A stretch of 63,877 nt of DNA, counting the filler, from Choristocarpus tenellus KU-1152 (taxonomy: Eukaryota > Protista > Phaeophyceae), in the NCBI GenBank assembly GCA_964200185.2. It is 15 parts of 15 records of this genome, joined end to end, with 100 filler letters (N's around TTAATTAATTAA, not from the genome) between each part and the next. Parts side by side here need not be neighbours in the genome. Positions count along the whole stretch, not along the records: positions 22,712 to 25,493 come from CAXNAD020024804.1; positions 25,594 to 28,160 come from CAXNAD020026709.1; positions 28,261 to 31,180 come from CAXNAD020023653.1; positions 31,281 to 33,827 come from CAXNAD020026876.1; positions 33,928 to 37,119 come from CAXNAD020021648.1; positions 37,220 to 42,997 come from CAXNAD020009778.1; 9 more parts are not named here. One strand, written 5' to 3'. Positions 24,777 to 37,455 of this stretch are shown in pieces (positions within the stretch are counted from its first letter, which is position 1; every line of letters begins with the position of its first letter). A program made the position numbers and the translations under genes. Under the pieces are notes generated by a model. That model was given only the letters and a program-made list of their open reading frames with translations, ran no database searches and was not told where the DNA came from.

Positions 24777-25869
24777 ATTTTCCCCTTCACATCACCCTTA
24801 TCTCGACGTAATGGAGTGCCATTTTTGTTCTTACCTCCACTAACATCTTTCAGATGTCTCTACAAACCCTAATAAACACACAGTTGTTGTAGATGTAAAC
24901 TTCATTTTTCTATCATATATTTACCATTTTATTAACACTTAACAGTGGAATTTAGAAATTGAGGATGGAGCGTACTATTGAGGATGGTCTTGACCGAAAA
25001 TGGTGCGGAAAAAGTGCCGATATGTTTTTTTTGTAAATGTTGCAGCACTTTTTAAGGGCCCCCTTTTGAATGGGAATCCGTGCCGGATGTGGTAGTAGTA
25101 CAGTATGGGGGCGGCGGCAATGATTTCGTTTGATCGTCGTGCACATGCATGCCCTGCGTTGGATTGCTTGCTCGAATAATTAGTGCGGTCGGTGGAGTTA
25201 TTTGACTGTCGATGGTGGATGCGGTAGAAAAAAATAGTACTTCGAAGTAGTTTCTTTAGGGGCGGCGTTTCATCGTCATTATGGAAGTTTGACTAATAAG
25301 AAGAAAAAGAGAAGAAGAAAAAGTGTTATTTTCCAATACTATTAGATTGTTTATCAATTATTGCTATCGTCGCCAGGTAGAAGAAGCTAACATTGAGTGC
25401 ATTTTAGTAATAATGTCATCATATGATGATCGACCTCTTTGTACGAATATCTCAGTCATGACCGATATATCGGGTGTTGCGATATGCCCCCCCNNNNNNN
25501 NNNNNNNNNNNNNNNNNNNNNNNNNNNNNNNNNNNNNTTAATTAATTAANNNNNNNNNNNNNNNNNNNNNNNNNNNNNNNNNNNNNNNNNNNNTGACATA
25601 TCTGCAAAATGTCAGAGGGCATAATAATATAAATATATATGTGTATATATACCATTTATTGTAACAATTATTACTCTGAGGATAATCATAGTCCTCACAT
25701 CATGGCATCAACTTTGGACCACCTCTTTCATGACCAGTCAAATCACGAGTGGAGCAGCGTGTGGACAACGATTTGGCACTGATAGTTTGGTGCCAATCTC
25801 TACCAAACGAGACCCTCCGTGACTTTAGTGTGTGCAGCAATAGGACTCGGTGTATACGTGTCGTTCCCT

Positions 25870-26163
25870 ATGGTTGAACGATCGCTAAAAACATGCGATG
25901 TCGACGCAATGGGGCGCTGCTACCGAACAAGGCGACGAAGATTGAATGGCATTGCAGTTAACATTACCATAGCCTCTGTGTTGACCATGATGGGCCCGGT
26001 GGCGGTCTGGGGGTGGCTCGCTCCAGTTGGGCAAAGTGCCAAGAGTGTTAAATCGATGTGGGTGGTTCCAGTTTCGAGGGCAAGGTATGCCGAGCGACCA
26101 GATCGAACTTCCTGCTTGGATCGACGCCTCAAAGTAACCTGTGGGGTATTGGTAGAGGATAAG
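25870..26163 (+). CDS. Putative exon 1 of SAMDC encoding a bipartite signal+transit peptide (ATG at 25870 or 25909)
   Basis: MGRCYRTRRRRLNGIAVNITIASVLTMMGPVAVWG-WLAP followed by an S/R/V-rich segment. Phase-0 donor AAG|gtacgg joins in frame to the acceptor at 26487. Confidence 0.6.
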
Positions 26164-26487
26164 GTACGGCGTCCTACAGCTGTATCTTGTCGGTAGCGTA
26201 ATTGTCGGTAAAAGTGTTGAGAGGTGACGCCTGTTCGTTTTTGGTTTATTTGCAGGGGCAATGTTGTTGAAATCAGCCCTTGTTCTGACAATGCCGATAG
26301 CCACACGAATCCTTCTCAATTATTTCCCCCCTTCTCGTGCAGGCCCTCGTCTGCTGATTGGTTGCTTGCTCTTGCATTTTCACTATAGTGAGGTTCTTGT
26401 ATTGAGCGCTCTCGAGACTGCTTCTTACACTCTAACAAACCTGCCCTCAATCGTTGTCGTTCTCCTCTACCAATATCATTTTCATAG

Positions 26488-26730
26488 CCTCGAGTTGCGG
26501 AGTTGGCATGGCCACACCAGATGTCACTTGGCGAGGCAGGCTCCACCTATGTAGGCTCTGTCGGTGAGTTCGACGACGGGGAGGCCATGTCAACGAAGGA
26601 GTCGCTAGAGGGGACACAGGGTTTCGAGGGACCAGAAAAAACGCTGGAGATTGAGTTCGACCCTGAGATAGGACATGAGGAGGGACTTCGTGCCATCCGT
26701 AGGGAACAGTGGGATGCCATATTAGAGCAG
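26488..26730 (+). CDS. SAMDC: S-adenosylmethionine decarboxylase proenzyme, exon containing the N-terminal catalytic-region motif
   Basis: GFEGPEKTLEIEF...GLRAIRREQWDAILEQ is the eukaryotic AdoMetDC N-terminal FEGxEKxLE motif. Acceptor ttttcatag| with a ctaac branch point at ~26432. Donor CAG|gtaggt. Confidence 0.95.
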
Positions 26731-28319
26731 GTAGGTGTCTCCTGACTTCTATCATCAGGGTCTTACGACAGCGTTTAGTTGTTGGTTCCAAATTACGATG
26801 CCCTAGTATTATGAAAGTTATAATCTCATGCGGTGTGTGCTAGGGACTAGATCTCGTCTTCTGAATTGTGCAAAGGTCTTGGAAGGCAGCATTACGACTG
26901 ATGCGTGTGGGCACTGGGTGGAGAATATGCTTTCGAGGGTGTTGCCGGTAGATGGGTTTGCTTGGCTGAGGAGTGTTAAACATCTTGCTCACGTAACAGC
27001 CTACCCTATCATCTGTACAGCTTCTGCTCATCAAGGAAGTTTGAAGGTTTGTTCCTGTGCCCCTTGTTGGTACTAGAGTTCGTAATGGATTCCATCCTCT
27101 AGTACTATTTCAACACCGGTTTATGCGAGACAGCAGAGACACGCATCCTATCGTGGTGATCTGTTGCAACAATGTCTGTGTGCTTGATTCATCCTTATTG
27201 AATGCTATAGTTTATCGGAATACAGCTCGTTTTTTCGTGCCCTGGTTTGGCACTACTCTGCACATTTTTTTTTGTCAGCACTTGTTTGTAATGATTGTTT
27301 CACTACGAGCAGCCCATTAGTGACATCTGCATACAGAGGACAAGTCAATGGCATCCTCTATCCTCCAATTGGAAGCAAGACAGCAGCATCCACTGATACT
27401 AACAAAGACCCCTTCAGTGGGTGATATGCAGTGGCTGTTGACCCAACGTCATCCGTTTACCTTGAGATTGACTTGAGCTGTACGGTTGTTGTAACTGCTA
27501 TAACTTTTATTAGTAATTTTATAATAGTATCGACTTTTGTTACAAAAAAACGAACAAAATGATGGGAAGACTCAATTGGGTAATTAAGAATCACCTAGGA
27601 GTTGTTAAAAGAGGGGAGAATTTCTGCACTTGGTGAGGAGGTGGCCTTCAAATGGACATTTCATTAATGGACCGTACCAAGAGCTCTTTCATCTTCAACA
27701 CCTCCCACCCTCCCCCTTAGTAGAGAAATTTGAATTTAAGCTTCAAGGTTCGACTTGCATATGCACTCGCTTCTGAATTTTTTTAAAGTTTATTTCTCGT
27801 GGAAAGACCTCAACAGAGGGGAGCTTTAGTAGGAGACTGACCTCTCCTTTTATCATCATCATCATGTCTGGAGTAATGCCTGGTCATCGTCCAACTCTTC
27901 TTGCACAAAATTGCAACCAAGCCCCATTTGTAGACACTTTTTTTATATCACAATGTCCAGCCTGGATATGGATGCCAGGGTGTGTTCTTTCGTGTTCAAT
28001 ATTTGTAGGGTTAGGGCTAAGTATTGAGTTGCTGCTCGCTTGCTTTATGCTCGGTTAAGTGTGTGTATGTGGAGGGGGGGTGGGGGGGGGGGGGGAGAGG
28101 GGGGGTTGAAGGCAAGTCCGTTCACTCAGTGCATACCAAGAACTGGAAACTACTTTCCCCNNNNNNNNNNNNNNNNNNNNNNNNNNNNNNNNNNNNNNNN
28201 NNNNTTAATTAATTAANNNNNNNNNNNNNNNNNNNNNNNNNNNNNNNNNNNNNNNNNNNNCCCCCACACACACATGCACACATGCCCTCCCTTCCAATCT
28301 ATGATTCACATGTCTCACC

Positions 28320-28950
28320 TCGTAGGTAAATGGACTCCATGGGAGCACAAATGAAAATAGAATGCCACTACTACCAGAAGAGCACTGCTCAGAAGGTGAT
28401 ACAACTCCCCTGAGTTGTCACAGTGTACAACATCGAATTTGAACTGAAAGGACGAGTTTGTTCGGCAACCTCCCTCTCCACCATTATGGCTCTACTCCTA
28501 TTCCACCCCACCATCCACCTCACACTGCCACCACCTATTGGGCATGCCTTCCCGCCTTTGCAAACCCCGCGCCACTTCTTCACCTTCCGCGCCAACTGAA
28601 GTCTACAAACCCATTTTCCGTTCATGCTATGTATGGTAGTCCCAGCTGTTTCTGTCTTCCCAAATCCGAGCCATTGAACCTCACCAAACAGACCCATGCC
28701 ATTCCGATACTCTCTTGAAGCATCACCAGCTCAAGAGGTGACTGTACCAGATCCCCCCCAGATTGCGTGGGATGTGCAGATGAGAAGAGAAGCCATACAG
28801 GCTTGCATATACCGAGAACAGGCAAGCAAAACATATCTTCTTCCCCCTACAAGAACAGAGCCGGTGTATGTATGCTCCGTGGATTCCTGCCTTCCATATA
28901 TCCTTACTTCACTTAACCGTATCCCTAACCCCACTATACATCCATAGCCT
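28320..28950 (+). pseudogene. Non-LTR (LINE) RT C-terminal relic
   Basis: Repaired reading VYKPIFRSC/YGSPSCFCLPKSEPLNLTKQTHAI resembles the LINE lYka.irs.leYgs..w....l...q..a.r region. Confidence 0.45.
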
Positions 28951-30339
28951 CTAGAGCTCACCACAGGGTTGCAGAACACAACTGGCCAATGTATTCAGGG
29001 TTAGAGTTCTACCATTGGTCGCTGTGAAATTGACAAATCCAATGATTGTCACTGCCTAATGAATGCTGCCCAATGAGTGCAAATCATTGCATTATAGATC
29101 TCTACTGCGCATGATGAATCTTTCAATGTTCATGGAGTTTGTCCACGGGTCCTTCGACAACCATCGTTTATCACTCTGCCCGAAAAACCTGCAAATATCT
29201 AGGATCTTGCCAACAAACCAGTGCATTCTAGTCCACCATCCTATCCGTTGGAGCGCTGCTCTTGTTGTATGCCACCAACTTGCACGAACACTACCATTAG
29301 CACAAAAAAACTAGCATAATGTCTCCCACTCAGGTAATAGGAAAGTCCCCTCCCCCAACGAAGCATGCTGTCTCTGATCGCATATCTATCTCCCCGATGA
29401 TGATCTCCTGGGCCTCAGTTGTTGACACAGCTCAGTGCTGTTGTCCATGGTTGGCCAACAAGACCAAAGCCCAGAGCACAAGAGGGCAACAAACCATCCC
29501 TTGCTGCAGAAGGAAGAAGCGGCATCCGAAAGGAAGGGAAGGCTGTACCTGGACGAGCCAGGAGGGGAAGACGTCAAAATAGGCCAACAAAATTGAGGTG
29601 CCCCCCAGTCGGAGCAGAAGGGAGACCACAGGCGGCACGTAGCCTCACCAACCTTGCGAGAGAGCTGCGAGAATCTGGACTAAGGTTTGCATACAGCAGG
29701 GAGGAGGGGACCAATACTATTGTGAAGAAATTTTAAAGGTGATATAGAAGGTGTAGATTACATCTAAGGAGATAGGCTGTCGGTAAATATCTCAGGGGAT
29801 ATCTTTCAGCAATTGTATTGCTAAGGTTAGCTTGTTGAGTGCAAACTTATTTTCTAGAAAGATCGATAATCTCATTATAGTTGGGGGGGAGGAGGGGGAG
29901 GAGGGGTAGGGAGTAACTGTTCAAGGTCTACATTTCGGGCAAAAAATGTGGACCTTTTGATTTTCAGAGGATGCCTTGATATATATACTTATTTTTTTGT
30001 CTGGAAAAAATCTCAGTTTGACTCGCCTTTCTCGCCAAGTACCGGAAGGCAGGATTGGTCACACTTTTGAGAACTTTGTTTAGCGCAAGGTTGAACTGAA
30101 ACTTTCAAACGTGTACGTTCACGTCCACGACAACAGGTGTGTGGAGAAGATTGTGGCATGGGTGCTTGCGGTTAGCTCCAATGCCGAAATGCCTGCACAA
30201 TTTAAGTGGAACGGTCAGGCAAGCTAGCTCTCAAGCCGTCTACGATGTGCACGATACCAGAGATTCAAGCGTTTGCAGTTCACGTGTTTAACCCTAACCC
30301 TAACCCTAAGAAATGTGTGCCATTGCAGCGTTGAAAGAA

Positions 30340-30601
30340 GATTCAAAGTATCTTTTAGAGGGTAGGGACGCGTCCATTTGGGGGACAAAATCCAATGTTG
30401 CAATTTTGATGTGATTTTGGCTATTGTGTTTGTTAGGAGATGTCGATATCCTTGTTCCGGACACTCCTTTTTCATAACGTATACATTTTACCTACTCCGA
30501 AACATTTTGGAATAGATAAGATGTCATTATAAATCCGTGGGAAGCCAAGTCCCAAATGGACAAACAGGGGAAAACTCCTACCGTCTAAGATACTTTCACT
30601 C
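30340..30601 (+). mobile_element. MITE family A copy with perfect 4-bp TSD AGAA
   Basis: agaa[gattcaaagtatc...tactttcactc]agaa. Confidence 0.92.
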
Positions 30602-31141
30602 AGAAAAAGGACCCAAACTGCCACATGAATCCCAATATTCTTCATTCCAGTCGATATTCCTTCCTCTCTCTCTCCATCTGAACCTCGAACCTTACATCCC
30701 CATCCCAGAACAATTTGTTACCTTCTTACAAGTCAAGAAGTTTATGCCAGACTCGCATTACCCAATCATAGGGCATCACACCCCTGCCACCTAAAATTCA
30801 AAACCCCACTATCATCTCCGATTCTGATATTTGTAACCCTAACCCTAACCCTAACCCTAACCATCCTTAGGACTACTTGCTGAAAATGCACAGAGACATG
30901 GACTTCGTATCGGCAGCTCTAGGTCAAGACGCCCCTGATTTCAACACAGGTGGTTCAACCCTCTCGTCGTCCTCATTACCACCCTTTTCTTGATTATTAT
31001 TATTGTTATTATTATTGTTATTATTTTATTAATTTATTATTTTATTATTATCCCACACATGGTTACGCTTTTGGAACACATTCATATGCCCACTTGCCCA
31101 CTCCGTAGTTCCAGCTGACTGCCCCCCAATGGTCCCTGCAT

Positions 31142-31180
31142 GAGCTAAAGTATCTTAGAGGGTAGAGCCGCGTCCATTTG
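31142..31180 (+). mobile_element. MITE family A left end (contig-truncated)
   Basis: gagctaaagtatcttagagggtagagcc. Confidence 0.8.
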
Positions 31181-32087
31181 NNNNNNNNNNNNNNNNNNNN
31201 NNNNNNNNNNNNNNNNNNNNNNNNTTAATTAATTAANNNNNNNNNNNNNNNNNNNNNNNNNNNNNNNNNNNNNNNNNNNNTGTTTCCCCCCCCACCCGCC
31301 ACCCCGCCGCCCCCCCCCTTTGCCCCCCCCCCCCCCCACAGTCGCTCCTCAAGCAGTTGTCGGTGCTTGGTGGAAAATGTTCTTCTCCATCTCTTTCGCC
31401 CCCCAGCATAGTTCCCAAGAGCTTACCCAGGCACACAACCCCCGAACATGTGAGCGCAAAAACAACCTTCCCCAGGAAGATGGATCTTGTTTGAGGGTCC
31501 CTATACCAACCGTCTGAAATATGCTAGAATAGAAACAACCATACCCCGCAAAGATATATCTCGTTTGGGCCTCCCTATACCTCCTCGTCTAAAATATGCA
31601 CACAAGAAACTCTAACGGCGCTCCTTTCCAATTCCTTGACAGATTGGATATGCTTTGCTTTGCAGGAACGAGAAACACATGTAAGGTAAAGAATGCAACA
31701 AGCACGACTACAAAAGAATGAATGAAATTGCCTATTTTACAGAGTGTCCTTGAGATACCCCAACAAGAAGAGAGAGTTATGGTGTATTTTAAAACAAGAA
31801 AAACAAGAAGCTTATTAAGACGTATTTAGCTAGCTGAAGCTGCTCCTTAACTGGTGCTATGGAGACTGTAGAAAAACAAGGGAAGAGTCCCCGAATCTGT
31901 CAAGCCCCGTCTTGACCACTGAATGGTGTCTTCATCTTAAGCTGCACATTTACACGACTGCTAGAGTTTCCCACTACTACTTGTGCTGTGACTGGCACAA
32001 CCTGCATACCTTCACTCTTCTCTCTTCCGGCTAAAATTCCCAGCCTCCCTACAACCTACCACATGAGTCGCCAGCTCATCCAAGAAA

Positions 32088-32350
32088 GAGCCAAACCAAT
32101 TGAGAGGTAGACAGGGCTGCATTTTAAGGATCCCCGAGAAAGGGGGGAAAAGACGCCGTTTTGTGCAATTACAGAAAAAAACTTTGTCGAATTGTGGTGT
32201 CACTTTTTTGTGTAGAAAGGGGGAATACCAATTTAGCGCACACTATTGTGCACATAAACCACTGATAATAGAGTGTACTGCACAGGGTAAGAAAGGTGGC
32301 TTGGAACGTAACGGGTCTAAAATATGCCTACCACTCAATTGGTGTGGCTC
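32088..32350 (+). mobile_element. MITE family C copy
   Basis: TIR gagccaaaccaattgagaggtag / ctaccactcaattggtgtggctc. Confidence 0.85.
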
Positions 32351-33169
32351 AAGTGCTCTACTGCTTCCTTAATTTTTGACCACTGAAATTTTGCGCAAGA
32401 TGGCTGTTGTTGTCCTGGGAGAGAAAGAAAAAAGTATCACGCAACTTTAAGGCAGAGATTATAATGGAGTCGCGCTTACTTTATGCTTTGTTGATACTAC
32501 TACCCTTGTGTCGTAAAAATATTATAGATATTTTATGCCTACTGACATTTTGTGCTGAAAGGTAGATGTTGTCAAGGGGGGGGATACGAAGCAAGGCACA
32601 ATGCAGAGAGTATAACTATCACTAGTATACTAATATACTAGTACAAGTACTGCTACTATTTGCGTCATATGTGTAGGACGGGGTAGAAGTGACTCTAATA
32701 CTAACTTTAGTACTCGCCTGATACACACTAAACGCTGGGTAGTACTCAGTAGTAGATCCTGATATGCCCAGAACATTTTGCAGATGAAAGTTGTCATGGA
32801 AAGAATAGAAAACATGCTTTACACCAACCGACAGTTGTAGTACTTTGAATATCATCCTCAATTTTAATTAAAATATATTGATATTCGATACAAATACAAG
32901 CGACAAAAACTGCTACTATTATTGCTTGTTTGCGGGGTGCAGCGAAGTATTTAAAATGAGTCGAAGAACACCTCTTTGGGAGACACATAGAGTACCATTT
33001 TTTTTTAAACCGCTGTTCTTACTGCTTTTTTCGTACGGGTGATGTAGACGCTCCACTATCATAACCCCAAAACAAATCCATCTTGCTCCTAGGTAGCTGG
33101 GTAGATATGGTTATTTTTGTACAGTATATTGCATGGCAACGATCTGCGTGGCCTCTTCACTTTTCAAAA

Positions 33170-33715
33170 GCCCTTCACATAACGAGTGCCTCTGGTTGCA
33201 AACCAGAGGCACAAGATTGGTAGAGGGGGATACCTACTGGCAACAATCCATAAAATTAAATTGTCAACGTAGTATCCCCACATGCCAACCTATCAAAACA
33301 AGCCCTCGGTACCCATTGTATTGAAGTTCAGTGTCCTGACTCACCAGGTCGGGAAAGGAAGTCCGGAGGATGTACGGAGGGCGGAGGGTGAGCTTGCTAA
33401 TAGCTTGGAGGTTGACACTGATAAGCAGCAATAGGTGTGGACCTAGGAGGGATTTGTAGGTCGGAATGGATCTCCCATGGGAGGCATGGAGGCGGAATGC
33501 TGCTTCCAATATCATCTTCAACTGGCGAGGGACGGAGGCTTTGGGGAGGAGGTCTTGATTGTGAAGAGGAAGACAAGGGGGTGGAGGTTGAACTAGTGGA
33601 CAACCAGAGAAAATAGATGGAAGTACACATGGTGAGGGTCAGGTAGGGGGATAGAACTTCAACTTTCATGTCGACCATGCTTTTAACCCAGACACACTTC
33701 GTCTTGAACATGATT
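33170..33715 (-). pseudogene. Possible LINE RNase H relic
   Basis: IQWVP and WHVGIL in different frames resemble the RNase H iqWvPgHvGi motif. Heavily decayed. Confidence 0.3.
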
Positions 33716-33755
33716 TAATTGAGCATGATAAAAGGGAAGCATCAGGTGTAACAGT

Positions 33756-33827
33756 GGGTGAAACTATCTTAGAGGGTACGAATTTTTCCCTGTTTGTCCA
33801 TTTGTGGGGCTTGGCTTCCCATGGGGT
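33756..33827 (-). mobile_element. MITE family A right end, reverse orientation (truncated)
   Basis: gtgaaactatcttagagggtacgaattttt. Confidence 0.8.
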
Positions 33828-33927
33828 NNNNNNNNNNNNNNNNNNNNNNNNNNNNNNNNNNNNNNNNNNNNTTAATTAATTAANNNNNNNNNNNNNNNNN
33901 NNNNNNNNNNNNNNNNNNNNNNNNNNN

Positions 33928-33959
<32 letters not shown>

Positions 33960-36685
33960 CTTTGGGTTGGATGTGCAGATAAAGAGATTTGAATTTAATT
34001 TTTTTGGCATCATGGCGTGCCTTGCGCTCGCAGTAGCTACATAAGGTATGAAGGAGATGAAGAGTTCGAGCACAATAGGTCCCGTGTGTTGAGTTTGTGT
34101 TTGCTGCTTGGTTAAGTGGGCAAAACCAGGTGATGGAAGAAAAGAAAATACCACGCGCAGAAAGTGGGAGGGGCTTGCATGCTGAGAGCAGAAGAAGAAT
34201 GTATCAGGACGGGCGGGACTGAGGGGAGGCGGAAGGCTGAGAAGGGTCACGTGAACAATCTACTGGATACTCTATTTCTGAGTTCTTAGCAATACAAGGT
34301 CGAACAATAAAGTAAGAAGTTAATACGACAATATATATATATAAAAATAAATAAAAAATAAAAAATAAAAAATAACCTACGTGTAGACATAGTCATGGTG
34401 GATGTGATTATGTATGTATGCACTGCCTCATTTTGTATTCATTTTTTTAATGTTTGTTGAGGTCACACGACCGAGTTTCTCACCTACTTCCCCTTTGTGC
34501 CTGTTTTGGGGAGCAATGGGGCACAAGTATGTATGCTATCTTCCTTCGTGTTAAGAAATGACACCTACAGCTGCTCTTGAGGCAATTAGTAGAAAATCGA
34601 TGGGGTAATTCTTGGGTCATGAATCTAAAATTGGGTACATTTTTTCTACCTAAAAAAAAAGAGTCGTTGTGCACACTGTTATAAACCTTTTTGGATGGAA
34701 CTTATTCTTGTGTGCACATTCCTAGTTGCTCTTATCCGGTGAATCTTAATTATGGCCGTTTAATACGGAAGGCCTGGTTGCGGATTGGCACGCAGTGGAT
34801 CTTGAGACCTCTGAAACGATCATTTTTATGCACAAGAACAAGTTTTCTCTGGAAAAAGTCTCTAATGTAATTCAAAATACATAGTAATCCATTCTCCATT
34901 GGCTGGGAGTGGCACAGAAGAGACGTTTCTATGTGGAAGGGATTCATATATTTTTCTACTGTTCTATAATTTTTCTTACAAGTAGAACTTCATGAACTTC
35001 CAGAATTTTCCAGGGATGTAAATGTGGTCGTGGTTTAGTTGGTGGGTACATTACGACTACGAGAGGAAGCGATGATGATATCCTCTATCTGATGGTGACC
35101 CGTCACCCCCCCTATGTTTTGTTGCTGGCATTCCCTGGATCCTTGGGAGAATCGGTGACCTGTCACATTCTGAAGACCTATTTACATCTTCTCTTAAAGC
35201 GCACCGCGCGAACTACTACTACTACGCGACGACAACTATAATTAAATTCAATGGAGAAAAAGAGTAGTAGTGGGCATCAGTAGAGCGAGGGATTGATGCA
35301 TTGAGGATTTAGTGTATGTGACTCAGGTGGACTTCAGAGCGAGTCAAAGTAAACGATAGGTACCCGGGATTTGGTCGTTTTGCGTATCAACCCAACCCGA
35401 TTTGCAATATTTTACGATTCACCCATATAGCTATGGATAAGTTCTAAGTTTGACTTTAGCGCGTTTGTTTTTTTATTGTTTGAAAAATTTCTGACACAAT
35501 TCAGAATATATACATATATATATATTTGTATCCTCACACCATTTTGTTTTTACCGAATTTTGCACGTATTTGTCAACATCCTTAAAATGAAACTCTGGAT
35601 ACCTCTCGTTACCTTGACTCACTACAATATAGAGGTGGAGCTTGAAAAATATCGTATTTCTTTGGAAGGTTTTTAGGGTTAGGGTTAGGATTGATTGGTG
35701 GGAGGTTAGAGAAAAGGTGTTATGTAGGATACGAATAGTCATTCTAGCAACAATACAAACCTGGCTCGGACCAAGCATTATGAGGAAGAGGAGAGGAAGT
35801 GGGAGCATAGGCCCCGATAAGGAGCTGGAGAATGGAGTACAGCGAAGCTGGGCTTTTAGAGCACATTCTCTTGAAGATACATTACTCTTTCTAGCGCACA
35901 CTTCAAGAAAACCAGGGCCTAGCATCGGACAGGTGGTTGACCGGACCAAAGGTTGGGCTATTGGTCAGCCTTGTTAAGATCATTAAGGCCCTGTTGGCCC
36001 GACACACGAAATACACATTATTTGAAACGGGACAGTCCTAAAACATATGATCTTATGCACTGGGCCACAGTCTCATTGTTATTTCTACAATATTACAAAT
36101 AGTTGTCTTCTAAAGTAATAATTTGATATATGTACAAAGAAATTCAAATTTCAGCTTACACAGCATACATAATACACTTTGAAGCGTATTTAAAGTATGT
36201 GTAAGATGCAAGCCATAGCATATCGTAAGCCTGGTATATCTGCTTCAAGGCCTGAAGATCACCCTTTACAAACATTCAACAAATTCGCGTATGAACTGAC
36301 CAGCCTGGTCGGTCCAAAGTGCGATCTCACCCAGCTCATGAGTTGAGACCTGGCCTCCCCCTTCCAAGACTTGTTAACCTGGCTGGGCCACGCCCACTCT
36401 ACGATAACGTCGATAAGGCCCTGACTCGAAACTATATAATCATATTTTTGAAGAATGGAGCAAAAACCCCCAAAGGACAGCCTTTTGTAGGAGGGGATGG
36501 AGCACAGTTGCAGCTAGACCCCGTATATGGAAACATGATAATAGAATCCCCCCCAAAATATCTGTCAGTTTATAGAAAAATAGGTCAATCACACAAAAAA
36601 TCGCACGAAGGTAAGCCCCACAATCTTTCCACTTTTCCAGAATTACACCCTTATACTGGTCATGGTGTAGTATTTACTTGCCGTT

Positions 36686-36954
36686 GACCCATAGTATCTT
36701 AGGGGGGTGCTTGGCCCAGGTTGTTCATTCGAGGCTTGATGGGGTGGGGCAAGATACCCCTGTTGATGCCTGTTTTTACGAGTGATTTCCTTCGGATTTG
36801 GTTCTCAGGCAGGGGGGGTGGAAAAGGAAGGTGCGTTCAGATGAAGGAAATTGCCCTTACATCTGACATGTTCACTCATATGACATAGAAATCACTACAG
36901 GTTCACACAAGCCCCAAATGGATACCTGCCCCCGCCTCTAGGATACTACTGGTG
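36686..36954. mobile_element. MITE related to families A/B
   Basis: TIR tagtatcttagggggg / cgcctctaggatacta. Subterminal ccccaaatgga shared with family A. Confidence 0.55.
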
Positions 36955-37455
36955 TTACATGCACCTGATGCCACACAAGGGCCAGGTGAGTATCCTTTAT
37001 GGATATTTGGCTCGTTTTGCACTCAGCACCTCTGATGACATCTGCCCGTTAGCAATCTGGCACTGCTTTCCCCAAGAACAGGGGATTCTCAAAATTGAGG
37101 GAGGAGCGGGACTATGAGGNNNNNNNNNNNNNNNNNNNNNNNNNNNNNNNNNNNNNNNNNNNNTTAATTAATTAANNNNNNNNNNNNNNNNNNNNNNNNN
37201 NNNNNNNNNNNNNNNNNNNTGAGCCGTTTTTAGGAACTCTAATAATCATTTGCGTTTTGGGGGGGGTTTCGGGTTCGTAAATACTGGTATGTATCTCAGA
37301 ACCCTTTCCGACCATTCATTCATGACCCTCTGCAACTACCCGAGTTACAGTTTATTTTGCAACTTTTAGGCAAATCGGAGTTCCCCCTTTTGGGGTTCCC
37401 CACGTGTATATACTGCTCGCACTGGTTAAAGTACGGGAAGAAATACTCGCTCTAC

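Noticed and set aside
25594-37119. Functional clustering of SAMDC with neighbouring elements
   Set aside because: The neighbours lie on different concatenated contigs, so the adjacency is artificial.
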